A stretch of 64,000 nucleotides of DNA. Origin: an uncultured Candidatus Saccharibacteria bacterium (GTDB lineage: Bacteria; Patescibacteriota; Minisyncoccia; Phycocordibacterales; UBA5272). The DNA is taken from positions 27,018-91,017 of the forward strand of contig CAZJDZ010000001.1 of assembly GCA_964544935.1 (NCBI GenBank), read 5' to 3'. The notes below the pieces were generated by a model. That model searched no databases. It was not told the origin of the DNA and worked only from the letters and a program-made list of their open reading frames with translations. The position numbers were made by a program, and so were the translations under genes. Positions 10,250-19,775 of the stretch are shown piece by piece; positions within the stretch are counted from its first letter, which is position 1, and every line of letters begins with the position of its first letter.

Positions 10250-11005
10250 TTATAGTAAATTAATTACTTTGAACTTCTTTATAGAAAAAACTAAAGTATT
10301 ATGAATACTTGCTTCTGCTTCATCTTTTGTTCCCCAATTAAGGGAACTACTTTCAACCAACTCTAAACCACTTCTTGCAAGTCCTTCACCAAGATAAGCT
10401 TCAAGTTCGTGATAAAAATAGTGAAGAGTTGTTCCAAATACACTTACTTCCATAGGAGTTCCTTCTAAAGCTTTCAACCCTTTACTCTCTAACTCTTTTC
10501 TGCAGTAATCTGGATGAGGTAGTGAAATAATGGCGTGACCATCCAACTTTAAGATCCTAGAAAGTTCTCGATATCCCTCTTCAATGTCTTTGATATTATG
10601 AAGTGAAAATCTTGAAACAACTAGATCTACACTATTTGCCTCTAGGTGTGTATTTATCCAATCACCTTCTGTAATAATTACTTTATCTTTGATTTCAGGA
10701 ACAATTCTTTCTTGTAAAAGATTTCTCATATAAGGAGAAGGTTCAACACCTATAATAGTTCCCGCCTGAGAACTCTTTCCCCACAGCTGTAAGTAGCCAG
10801 CATTTGAACCACACCCAATATCGGCTACTGTATTTATCGGACCACTATTTCGTAAGGAGTTTACTCTTGCTATCATTTCAAGAGTTGCCCCATCCTCAAC
10901 CTTTTCTATGTTGAAAAAAGTATCTTGACCAGCTGTGTACTTTAGAGAGGTTTCTCTGTCATATCCAACTTCTTTTATTTGCTGTATTTGTTCCATTTTT
11001 TGCAT
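10250..11005 (-). CDS. Class I SAM-dependent methyltransferase
   Basis: VADIGCGS, SVDLVVSRFSLH, RILKLDG. Confidence 0.85.
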   Translation of the reverse strand: MQKMEQIQQIKEVGYDRETSLKYTAGQDTFFNIEKVEDGATLEMIARVNSLRNSGPINTVADIGCGSNAGYLQLWGKSSQAGTIIGVEPSPYMRNLLQERIVPEIKDKVIITEGDWINTHLEANSVDLVVSRFSLHNIKDIEEGYRELSRILKLDGHAIISLPHPDYCRKELESKGLKALEGTPMEVSVFGTTLHYFYHELEAYLGEGLARSGLELVESSSLNWGTKDEAEASIHNTLVFSIKKFKVINLL

Positions 11006-11018
11006 ATTATAATAATTA

Positions 11019-11675
11019 CTAGTTTCCCATTATTGCTTCATATACCGCTTCTTTACTTCTAAAATCTTTAGCATTCAATTCTTCTATCACTTTACCTTTC
11101 TCAAGCACATACCCACGATCAGCAATTTTAAGAAGTGAAATCAAGTTGTGCTCAATGACTAGCACACTTAAGTTTCTTTCTTTTCGTATCTGGTCAATTA
11201 CTCTAAAAATATCTTGAACGAACTTTGGAGAAAGACCGAGTGACGGCTCATCAAGTAGCAACACTTCTGGATTATCAACCAAAGCACGAGCAAGTGCCAC
11301 CATTTGTTGCTCTCCACCAGAAAGGTGTTTTGCAAGAGTGTTTTTCTTCGTATGTAAAATAGGAAAGAGAGCGTAAATATCATCAGGTATTTCTTTCACA
11401 TTTCCACGTACTACAACATTTTCAAATACAGTAAGATTTGGAAACACTCTTTTTCCTTGCGAAACATATGAGATATTTTTACCTTTTGTAATGCGCCCAG
11501 ACTTCTTTTCTATAAGCCCTGCAATTACTTTTAGTATAGTACTTTTACCAGCACCATTCTGACCAAGAAGAGCAACAACTTCACCTTTGTTTATGTGAAG
11601 AGAAACACCAAAGAGCACTTGAAGGTCTTTATACCCAGCATCTATATTTTCTAATGTAAGTATTGTTTCTTTCAT
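11019..11675 (-). CDS. livF: Branched-chain amino acid ABC transporter ATPase (LivF-like)
   Basis: GQNGAGKST, LSGGEQQM, LDEPSLGLSP. Confidence 0.85.
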   Translation of the reverse strand: MKETILTLENIDAGYKDLQVLFGVSLHINKGEVVALLGQNGAGKSTILKVIAGLIEKKSGRITKGKNISYVSQGKRVFPNLTVFENVVVRGNVKEIPDDIYALFPILHTKKNTLAKHLSGGEQQMVALARALVDNPEVLLLDEPSLGLSPKFVQDIFRVIDQIRKERNLSVLVIEHNLISLLKIADRGYVLEKGKVIEELNAKDFRSKEAVYEAIMGN

Positions 11676-11679
11676 AATG

Positions 11680-12357
11680 TTAATCCCCTAGGTAGGCAGT
11701 TTTTACCGCTTGATCATTGAGCACATCCACAGCCCTACCTTCGGCGATATTTTTTCCACTATCAAGCACATAGACATAATCACAGAGTTCTTTGATGATA
11801 GCCATATCGTGCTCAATGAGGATGATAGCTGTACCTTTTTCTTTCTCTTCAGAAAGAATTTTTTTTATTGTATGTATCACCTCTGGGAACAAACCAGCAA
11901 ATGGCTCATCAAGAAAAAGTATCTTCGTGTCACCTGCTAATGCTCTACCCAACTCAAGAAGTTTTCTTTGACCATATGATAAATGACGAGCTTGTGTGTG
12001 GGTATGATGGTCTAGCCCTATACGTTCTATAACAGCAAGTGCCTCCTTTTGATGCGGTGAAAGCGTAAAAATTGACTGTAGGACACTCCTTGTTTCAAGA
12101 GATAGCAGTATTGTATCAAGCACTGTTAAGTTGCCCCAAAGTCTAGCATCTTGGAATGTTCTTGAGTAGTTTCCTTTCATTATTATCTTACCTCCGTTTT
12201 TAGATAACATATTTGTGAGCACGTTTACAAGCGTACTTTTACCACTTCCATTTGGACCGATAATACCAGTGATACTACCTTGTTTACATTCAATAGACAC
12301 AGATGAAAGTGCCTGTATACCATCAAAGTGTTTTGAAATGTTTGTAGCTTGTAACAT
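11680..12357 (-). CDS. livG: Branched-chain amino acid ABC transporter ATPase (LivG-like)
   Basis: GPNGSGKST, RTFQ, LSYGQRKLLE, IEHDM. Confidence 0.85.
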   Translation of the reverse strand: MLQATNISKHFDGIQALSSVSIECKQGSITGIIGPNGSGKSTLVNVLTNMLSKNGGKIIMKGNYSRTFQDARLWGNLTVLDTILLSLETRSVLQSIFTLSPHQKEALAVIERIGLDHHTHTQARHLSYGQRKLLELGRALAGDTKILFLDEPFAGLFPEVIHTIKKILSEEKEKGTAIILIEHDMAIIKELCDYVYVLDSGKNIAEGRAVDVLNDQAVKTAYLGD

Positions 12358-12359
12358 AG

Positions 12360-13226
12360 TTATAGAGAGTATTTACCAAATAGTCCTACAGGTCTTTTGT
12401 ACATAAGATAGATGAGAGCAAGTCCATAGAGAATAACTCTTGTTTGAGCCGCTATTTCATTTGGAAGACCGATGAAGCGTAAGACTTCAGGTAGTAGTGT
12501 GAGAATAACAACACCAGCGATTACTCCACGAGTTGAAGCGAGGCCTCCCAAGATAATTACTGTGAGTAAAAAGATGGACTCGTTCAAAGTAAAAGATGAC
12601 GGATCAATAAATGAAATATAACTTGCATATAGTGACCCTGATATTGAAGCAAAGACCGCCCCGATTGCAAACACCATCATTTTGTATTTATGTATATTGT
12701 ATTGAAATAGAGCAAGAGCATCTTCATCTTCACGGATTGCGTGGAGCACTCTACAGAAATGTGTTCGAGTAAGTGTGTGTAGAATAACAACTGATAGACT
12801 TGCTATTACTATTGTAAATAGTAGAAATGAAATTATTGATGTAAACGAATAACCAAAAAGCGAAGGACGCACAATACCAAATATACCAAACGGTCCTTTT
12901 GTTATTCCTTCAAGGTTCATAAACAGCGAATACATAATTACAGAAAGACCAATGGAAGCAAGGGCATAATAGTCACCCTTAACTTTTTTGAGAGAGTATG
13001 AAATAACTGAAGCAACGAGAGCTGAAACAAAAGCGCCTATAATCATAGATGAGAAAAAAGGTACACTATAAAACTTTGTAAGGATAGCAGTTGCATACGC
13101 ACCTAACCCGTAAAAAGCGGCGTGAGTGATTGAAAGAATACCAGAGTGCCCGACGATAAGATTAAGAGAAAGAGCGAATGGTATGTAGAGTGCAATAATG
13201 ATAAGTAAGTGGAGAATGTAGTCCAT
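12360..13226 (-). CDS. livM: Branched-chain amino acid ABC permease (LivM-like)
   Basis: HAAFYGLGAY, AIREDE, ILGGL; multi-TM. Confidence 0.85.
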   Translation of the reverse strand: MDYILHLLIIIALYIPFALSLNLIVGHSGILSITHAAFYGLGAYATAILTKFYSVPFFSSMIIGAFVSALVASVISYSLKKVKGDYYALASIGLSVIMYSLFMNLEGITKGPFGIFGIVRPSLFGYSFTSIISFLLFTIVIASLSVVILHTLTRTHFCRVLHAIREDEDALALFQYNIHKYKMMVFAIGAVFASISGSLYASYISFIDPSSFTLNESIFLLTVIILGGLASTRGVIAGVVILTLLPEVLRFIGLPNEIAAQTRVILYGLALIYLMYKRPVGLFGKYSL

Positions 13227-13227
13227 A

Positions 13228-14082
13228 TTATTTCTTAAGTATACCAGTCGGTCTAAAGAGTAGAATTATGACGAGAACAAGAAACGCTATGGCATCTTTC
13301 CATTCCCCTCCAACATACCAGATCGAAAGATTCTCTAATACCGCCAAGATAAATGCCCCAATGAGTCCGTACATAAAATTACCTAAACCACCAAGTATTG
13401 CAACAATGACCCCCTTAAGAAGCAGACTCATTCCAATATATGGATCGAGACTAGTATCCATGGCATATAATATTGCAGAAGTTGTTCCAATTGTTACACC
13501 AATACATGTCGCGATAATTCTTACTTTTTTTATAGGTAATTGAGAAGACATCGCCAGTTCTTCATTATCTGATATTGCACGTAACTGTATACCAAATGTT
13601 GATTTACTAAGAAAAGCATATCCGAGGGCGTAGACCAATAATGCAAAAATAATCATTGCAAGTTGTACATATGTAATAGCTACTCCAAAAAATGTAAGCG
13701 TAGTACTTGAGACACTAAGTGTCTGTACATTTGATGTAAATATAAGTGCAATTAAAGCTTGAATAACCGTTAGAATACCAAGAGATGATATCATCATTAC
13801 CGCACTAGAAGATTTTTTTTTACGAAGGTTTCTGTATAAGAAAATCTCTACAACTAACGAGAATACAATTGTAATAAATACAGAGAAAACAAACGTGATA
13901 ACCATCGGGAGATGAATCTTTGATACGACAAGGTATGCGTATATTCCTACCAGGAAATAAGAAGCGTACGATAAATCAAAAAATTTATTAGCGCTGTAAA
14001 TAAAATTAAAGCCAAGAGCTAAAATTGCGTAGAGAGAGCCGAGTACGAACGTATTTGAAGCAACTTGAAGTAAATATTCCAT
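13228..14082 (-). CDS. livH: Branched-chain amino acid ABC permease (LivH-like)
   Basis: YAILALGF, FGIQLRAISDN, ILGGLG; multi-TM. Confidence 0.85.
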   Translation of the reverse strand: MEYLLQVASNTFVLGSLYAILALGFNFIYSANKFFDLSYASYFLVGIYAYLVVSKIHLPMVITFVFSVFITIVFSLVVEIFLYRNLRKKKSSSAVMMISSLGILTVIQALIALIFTSNVQTLSVSSTTLTFFGVAITYVQLAMIIFALLVYALGYAFLSKSTFGIQLRAISDNEELAMSSQLPIKKVRIIATCIGVTIGTTSAILYAMDTSLDPYIGMSLLLKGVIVAILGGLGNFMYGLIGAFILAVLENLSIWYVGGEWKDAIAFLVLVIILLFRPTGILKK

Positions 14083-14121
14083 GGTTATTATTTTATCATG
14101 ATATTTTTATATCATGCATGA

Positions 14122-14149
14122 AAAAACAGGTCACATCTGACCTGTTTTT
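14122..14149 (-). terminator. Terminator/stabilising hairpin after the substrate-binding protein gene
   Basis: AAAAACAGGTCA-CATC-TGACCTGTTTTT. Confidence 0.65.
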
Positions 14150-14158
14150 CAATTAAGA

Positions 14159-15265
14159 TTAAAGCTTTACAACTTTACCATCCTTTACAACCCAAACCTC
14201 AGTTCCTTGATTTCTTATACCTCTACCGTCAAAAATAACAGTGCCTGAATATCCTTTAAAGTCAGATTTTGATATTTTTTCAACCCATGTAGTCTTATTG
14301 GTATCGTAGTTATTAAGAAGTGTTGTTATTCCATCGTAACCATATTCGGCAAACGGACTTGGGTCAATACCATACATTGCTTTATATTTTGTTTTAAACT
14401 CTGTCAGATCACTAGTAGTAAATTGAAGAGTTACAGCCCCATTAAGTTTCTTCATATCACCAACTTGTTTTTCATATTCTGACCACCCAGTTTGGAGCTG
14501 AGCATCATAATAGAAAGCAACTTTAGTTGGATTTACACCAAGGAAAAGTAGATTCTTTGTAAGCTCAGATCCGATGTATGGCTCTGTGAGAAAAACTACA
14601 CCATCTGCACCAGACTCTTTTATCTTTGCAGCAATTGTTTTTGCGTCGTCTTTTGAATTGATTAAAAGGTCAACTTTATCTTTTGTATAAACACCAGAGA
14701 AAGCGTTGTAAAAGCCAATAGATGCTGGGGCATTTGTTGAATGAACGAGAGCAAGTTTTTTATGTGATGCATTATTTTGTACATATTCAGCAAGCTTCAC
14801 AATTTGACCATTTGCATCTGCTGACATCTGAAAGATATTATCTTTACCAACCCCATCATTTTGAAGTCCAACACAAACAACTGGAATACCATCAGCTATC
14901 ATTTTTTCATGAAGAGCATCAAGCACAGGTGTGGAGACCATGAACAATCCATCAATATGGTCGAGGGACGTCATTTTTGTATAAGCAGTAAAACCAGTCT
15001 TTGCGTCAAATTTATCATCAGCCTGTTCCGTAACAATCTCAATATTTGGATGAGATGCTTTGAAGTCTTTTATTGCCATATCAGCTGCTTTGCCGACACC
15101 TTCCCCAATCGCGCCGTACTGGCTTGTTAGAGGAAGCATAATACCTATTTTAATAGTTTGTTTTTGCTGTGTTGCCACCTCGGCTGTCTTCCTTTGAGAA
15201 AATAAAACAGCTCCTCCAACAACAAGCGCTACAACAAGAATTATTAATGGTAATTTATTTTTCAT
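14159..15265 (-). CDS. ABC substrate-binding protein (LivK/LivJ-like)
   Basis: N-terminal TM anchor, IKIGIMLPLT, YGYD, FKGYSGTVIFD. Confidence 0.85.
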   Translation of the reverse strand: MKNKLPLIILVVALVVGGAVLFSQRKTAEVATQQKQTIKIGIMLPLTSQYGAIGEGVGKAADMAIKDFKASHPNIEIVTEQADDKFDAKTGFTAYTKMTSLDHIDGLFMVSTPVLDALHEKMIADGIPVVCVGLQNDGVGKDNIFQMSADANGQIVKLAEYVQNNASHKKLALVHSTNAPASIGFYNAFSGVYTKDKVDLLINSKDDAKTIAAKIKESGADGVVFLTEPYIGSELTKNLLFLGVNPTKVAFYYDAQLQTGWSEYEKQVGDMKKLNGAVTLQFTTSDLTEFKTKYKAMYGIDPSPFAEYGYDGITTLLNNYDTNKTTWVEKISKSDFKGYSGTVIFDGRGIRNQGTEVWVVKDGKVVKL

Positions 15266-15367
15266 AGTTAATTAGTTTTAATTATTTTAGTATATCTCTA
15301 CAAATCTTTAAACAAAAGCTTAAAAACTTGATAAAGTGGGGATGTAATATTGTCCCCAAGTTTCCAC

Positions 15368-15472
15368 TTACCCTCTTGTGGGCGGAGTTTGTGGTACTGG
15401 CGTCTGCACACTTGTTGTCGTTGGTCGACGAAGAGGTTTTCCTCTTCCGCAAGAACCAGAATTTGCTGTCAT
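15368..15472 (-). CDS. Putative 34-aa small protein
   Basis: Hand-translated MTANSGSCGRGKPLRRPTTTSVQTPVPQTPPTRG; SD AAGGAG 6 nt upstream of ATG. Confidence 0.4.
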   Translation of the reverse strand: MTANSGSCGRGKPLRRPTTTSVQTPVPQTPPTRG

Positions 15473-15499
15473 GACTTTCTCCTTAAAGTAGTGGTATTT

Positions 15500-16024
15500 T
15501 CAAACGAACATTGACACCAGCTCGCCAACAGCCCTGTCCCAATCCTTTCGGTCAAGGATGATTGGAATCTTACCTGAAGGATGAACTGGACTCAGCATCT
15601 TTGCTAATAGTGGTACAAAACCAACGTCATGATGATTTGTATCAGAACACATCACAACAGGAAATTTCTTCTCTATGGCTGTTAAGAGCACCTCTATGCC
15701 GTTGGCTTGCATTATTCCTGTTGTCCCCGGAAACATCAGATCGGTCAGAATGCCAGCTTTCGGGAAAACAGTGCCGAACCTATCCATTTGGTCAAAACCA
15801 TTCTTGGCTTCTGTAAGATTCCTTGCCCTCATTATCGTAATAACATTGTCGTTATTCTTATACCCTCTCCAAGAGGGAAGATTGAGTTGTTCCCTCAGGC
15901 TTGCGAGCCCCAAGTACGAACCATCATCTTCCGTTAGAATTCCGAAGTGCTTCTTAATGGCAGTTTCTGCAGTAATCGCTTCGTCGTCCTTGTCTTCGAC
16001 AATCAAGATGATAATGCTTTCCAT
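15500..16024 (-). CDS. Receiver-domain-like (response regulator fold) protein
   Basis: ILIVED, ILTDLMFP, NGIEVL, VVMCSD; SD GAGGAG before ATG at 16024. Confidence 0.6.
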   Translation of the reverse strand: MESIIILIVEDKDDEAITAETAIKKHFGILTEDDGSYLGLASLREQLNLPSWRGYKNNDNVITIMRARNLTEAKNGFDQMDRFGTVFPKAGILTDLMFPGTTGIMQANGIEVLLTAIEKKFPVVMCSDTNHHDVGFVPLLAKMLSPVHPSGKIPIILDRKDWDRAVGELVSMFV

Positions 16025-16220
16025 GGACTTTCTCCTCAATGATCTCGAAAAGCACTTTGCTTATCGTCTGCAAGTAGTATGCCAGATAAGGCATTGACAG
16101 TAAACAATAAAGTTGTATTAAGGTGATGTTTTCCATAATATCTTTATAAGATAAGCTATTTTTGGATTCTAAAATATCGAATAAACTTTACATAATTAAA
16201 AAAAAGTGTATACTTTGTGC

Positions 16221-17009
16221 ATGGAATTACATATTCTCGGGCTCTCATCTAAAGAAGAAAAAGTTTTACTCAGTGTTCAAGAGGGTCACTCAACTGTTGT
16301 TGACATCGCTTCAAACACCAAAGTAACCAGACCCTCTGTTTATGATATTTTAAAGAAACTCAAAAAGAGGGGTCTTGTTATACACAAAACAGAACATGGT
16401 AAAAAAAGATGGTATATGGAGAATGAAAAAAAATTAACAGATAATCTATATTTACTAAAAAAGAAGCTCCTCTCATTTATAGATGGGAAAGAAGAGATCG
16501 AAAGTGTGACGGACGGAACTGTTATTGTACACCGTGGGAATGAGGCTATAAAAAAGGCTATTTGGGATATGTTTAGCTCACGAAAAAATGAGCGCTTCCT
16601 TGGTTATATGGGGTTCGAGCAAACAGTACATGGATGGGAAGACCTTTTTACACTTCAGGAAATAAGTTCTATGAACAAGATACTTAAAGAAAATAAAATT
16701 ATTACAGAGGCAGTTTTCCCTGAAAACTGGGCTGAAAATATGTTTGCAAAATATGGTGAGGCTTGGGCTAAGGACTACGAAGGGAGGACTGCTTCAAACG
16801 TATATGTTGACGCTAAATATTTTCATACAAGCGGTCAACTTTTTGCATTTAAAGACGTTATGTATTTATTAGCACTTAAAGACAAAATGATAATAGAGGT
16901 AAGACATTCAGACATCCAAAAAATGATACTTGGAATGTACTCATTTATGAAAGATAAGGGCGAGGTTGTTGATATTAACAAGAGACTGAGAGATCTAATT
17001 TCTCATTGA
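16221..17009 (+). CDS. TrmB-family transcriptional regulator
   Basis: LGLSSKEEKV...TRPSVYDILKKLKKRGLV wHTH. Confidence 0.8.
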   Translation: MELHILGLSSKEEKVLLSVQEGHSTVVDIASNTKVTRPSVYDILKKLKKRGLVIHKTEHGKKRWYMENEKKLTDNLYLLKKKLLSFIDGKEEIESVTDGTVIVHRGNEAIKKAIWDMFSSRKNERFLGYMGFEQTVHGWEDLFTLQEISSMNKILKENKIITEAVFPENWAENMFAKYGEAWAKDYEGRTASNVYVDAKYFHTSGQLFAFKDVMYLLALKDKMIIEVRHSDIQKMILGMYSFMKDKGEVVDINKRLRDLISH

Positions 17010-17019
17010 AATATTTAGG

Positions 17020-17060
17020 TAACAAAAAACAAGCATGTTTTTAATGCTTGTTTTTTGTTA
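17020..17060. terminator. Bidirectional terminator
   Basis: TAACAAAAAACAAGCAT...ATGCTTGTTTTTTGTTA between convergent genes. Confidence 0.75.
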
Positions 17061-17077
17061 GACGGTAAAAAGATTAC

Positions 17078-18169
17078 TTATTTGATAGCAGTAACTGACC
17101 AATATAGATTTGTTATATCTCCCTTCTGATCAAAGACGTAGTTTTTTGCAAACCCTTTTTGTTCTTTTGATACTAGGTAATCGTGAGTATTAGCGCTTCC
17201 TTTCACTAGTTCAGCACGTGCAACAATCATAGTAAGGTCATATGAGGACTCAGCATATTTGTTTGGTGTTTTACCGTATGCCTGCTCATATTTTTTATTG
17301 AACTCATCTGATCTAGCACTTTCAATCATACTCAAGTTATTGTTTTTTACTTCAATTTTCTTTTCATCAACAGCAACCTTTAAGTAGTTAGTTCCGAGAA
17401 CTGGTACATTATAGTTTAGTTCTTGCATCTTCTTAACGAGAGCAATAGCACCAGCTTCAGTTCCTGTCCAAACAATTCCATCAACCTTCTTTGACTTTGC
17501 CTTAACAATAAGAGTTGAAAGTATTGTTGCTTCATCTGTATATGTGAACTGCTCTTTCATTCCTACAACAACACCAGAGTTCTGTGCCGCTTTAGTCCAA
17601 GCGTTTGTGTGTGCAACGCCCCACGTACCATCAACAGTAAGGATAGCGAGGTTGGTAACTTTGTTATCCTTTAGCCACTTTTCAGTAGGTGTTTGGATTT
17701 GATAAATAGGAGAAACACCGTGAATGAGGTGTGTCTTATCTTGATCACTTCCATCTACAACATCAGATGATGTGTCTGCAATTACTGCCGTCATTCCATT
17801 CTGTGCTATCACAGGGAGAGCGGCTGAAATCTGATATGACCAAGTAGGACCAAAAATTGTTTTAACACCTTTGCCGTTCATATAACTTACACCAGTGACA
17901 GTTTTCTTTGGATCTGTAGCATCATCGTAGTATTCAACATTGAGATCAATACCTTCCTTCTTGAGGTCGGCTTTAGCAAGTTCAATACCATCCTTAATGT
18001 TTCCACCATCAATTGCCGCATACCCTGTAAGAGCAAGAACTGCCCCTACGTTCACTGTTTTGTTAGCGGTTACTATTTCGCTTGAAGCATCTTTTCCATT
18101 TAAGAAATATGCCCCAGTAGCGATAACAACAACTGCTAATAATGTAAGTAATATATTTTTAGTTTTCAT
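17078..18169 (-). CDS. Second LivK-like substrate-binding protein
   Basis: TM anchor, VGAVLALTG, YYDDATDP, IFGPTWS. Confidence 0.8.
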   Translation of the reverse strand: MKTKNILLTLLAVVVIATGAYFLNGKDASSEIVTANKTVNVGAVLALTGYAAIDGGNIKDGIELAKADLKKEGIDLNVEYYDDATDPKKTVTGVSYMNGKGVKTIFGPTWSYQISAALPVIAQNGMTAVIADTSSDVVDGSDQDKTHLIHGVSPIYQIQTPTEKWLKDNKVTNLAILTVDGTWGVAHTNAWTKAAQNSGVVVGMKEQFTYTDEATILSTLIVKAKSKKVDGIVWTGTEAGAIALVKKMQELNYNVPVLGTNYLKVAVDEKKIEVKNNNLSMIESARSDEFNKKYEQAYGKTPNKYAESSYDLTMIVARAELVKGSANTHDYLVSKEQKGFAKNYVFDQKGDITNLYWSVTAIK

Positions 18170-18322
18170 AGTGTTTATATAAAGTAAAGTATAGCAAGAT
18201 TTACAATGCATTCTTTACTGATATCAACATAGTATCACAAAAGAGCAAGTATGTCAATTAGAATTGTGTCAGATTATGGTTACTCTTTACATTGTAAAAC
18301 AAAGGTATTATACTTAACTGTA

Positions 18323-19114
18323 ATGAAAAATATGACACCTAAAAATGAACAAGGTTTAGAAAGCGAACAAAAAGCACTTGTTGATAGACTTACAGCATTT
18401 GGCTTTTCGTCTCGTGAAGCGCTTGTATATATTTACTTACTAAAAAAAGGCATAGAAACTGGTGGTTCAAAAATAGCGACTGGGACAGGTCTTCATAGAC
18501 AGTACGTGTACACTGCCCTTCTTAAACTTATAGAAGAAGGTCTTGTTGAGGAAGTTCCTCACGGAAAGCAATCAAAATACAAAGCAATGCCACCTATAGA
18601 AATAGAAAAGATTGGGCGAAGACGTTCAATTATTGCCTCTGATCTTGCGCGTGATCTTAACGTGATCAGCTCAATTGGTAATAACCAAGATTTTGAAGTG
18701 ATACAGGGTGTACGAGCAATTCAACAATATGAAATGAACTACATTGAACAAGCTAGCTCAACTTGGGAGGAATACATTATAGGTGGCGCTTCAGAAAAGT
18801 TCAGTCTTCTTATGGGAGATTACCTAGGAGAATATCTTGCTGAAAAAAATAAAAAGAATATGACGGTACGATATTTAGGAAGCATTAATGAGATAGACCT
18901 CTATAAGAATTATCTTGGGATATATAAAAACCAAGAGTATCGTTTTATGGATGACCTGCCAAGCGGTGTAAGTCATATGGTAATAAGAAACGAGTCAGTT
19001 TCTTTTTATAGTTTCCTAACTCCGCCACTTATGTATGTTGTGAAGTCACCCGTTATAGCAGAAAACTACAAACAGTTCTTTATGATGCTGTGGAATATGG
19101 CACCTAAGCGGTAA
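18323..19114 (+). CDS. TrmB-family transcriptional regulator
   Basis: FGFSSREALVY...LHRQYVYTALLKLIEEGLV; start uncertain (18323 or 18332). Confidence 0.8.
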   Translation: MKNMTPKNEQGLESEQKALVDRLTAFGFSSREALVYIYLLKKGIETGGSKIATGTGLHRQYVYTALLKLIEEGLVEEVPHGKQSKYKAMPPIEIEKIGRRRSIIASDLARDLNVISSIGNNQDFEVIQGVRAIQQYEMNYIEQASSTWEEYIIGGASEKFSLLMGDYLGEYLAEKNKKNMTVRYLGSINEIDLYKNYLGIYKNQEYRFMDDLPSGVSHMVIRNESVSFYSFLTPPLMYVVKSPVIAENYKQFFMMLWNMAPKR

Positions 19115-19141
19115 ATATAAAATACCCCTTAAAGAGTAGTC

Positions 19142-19663
19142 TCACACAACCTTGCTTTTATAGTATTCTTCAAACAGATCATAATGGGAACGTGCGTTAA
19201 AACAAAAAGCATATTCATTTTCATCTACCGTATCCGCCTGAGATTTAAGCAGGTCAAAAACAGTCTCCTTGTTGTACCAAAATATTTCTAATTTATTTTT
19301 TTCATCTTCTTGCATAGTGGTCGGTATACCCTTAACACCTAGCACCCTTGCTTCAAAAAAGAAGATTTCGTAATGTTTCATTGATTTGTTTCTGAATTGA
19401 TGAGAAATAGCAAACTCGTTAACATCTTCAATGGTACAACCAAGCTCTTCCATGATTTCTCTTTTTATCGCATCTATTTTATCCTCATTGTTTTCTACAC
19501 CGCCACCTGGAAGTAAATAGTGACCTCTCGTTTTTAAAAGAGCTATGTTATTTTTACTATCAACAACGACTGCTTTTACTGTTGGACGTACAGCATACTC
19601 ACCAACTGCTTTAATGGGATTTTGGAAAATATCCTCATCGTGTATATTTTTAGTGAGTTTCAT
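19142..19663 (-). CDS. NUDIX hydrolase
   Basis: Nudix box GGGVENNEDKIDAIKREIMEELG. Confidence 0.9.
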   Translation of the reverse strand: MKLTKNIHDEDIFQNPIKAVGEYAVRPTVKAVVVDSKNNIALLKTRGHYLLPGGGVENNEDKIDAIKREIMEELGCTIEDVNEFAISHQFRNKSMKHYEIFFFEARVLGVKGIPTTMQEDEKNKLEIFWYNKETVFDLLKSQADTVDENEYAFCFNARSHYDLFEEYYKSKVV

Positions 19664-19775
19664 TAATTGCTATTTTATCACAAAATTAGCTTGTTTTTAA
19701 GGCTAAAAGCTACCAACAATATGCCTTCTAGGACGCTCTTGATACTTCCTTTGATTTGCGTCATCAATAGTATAT

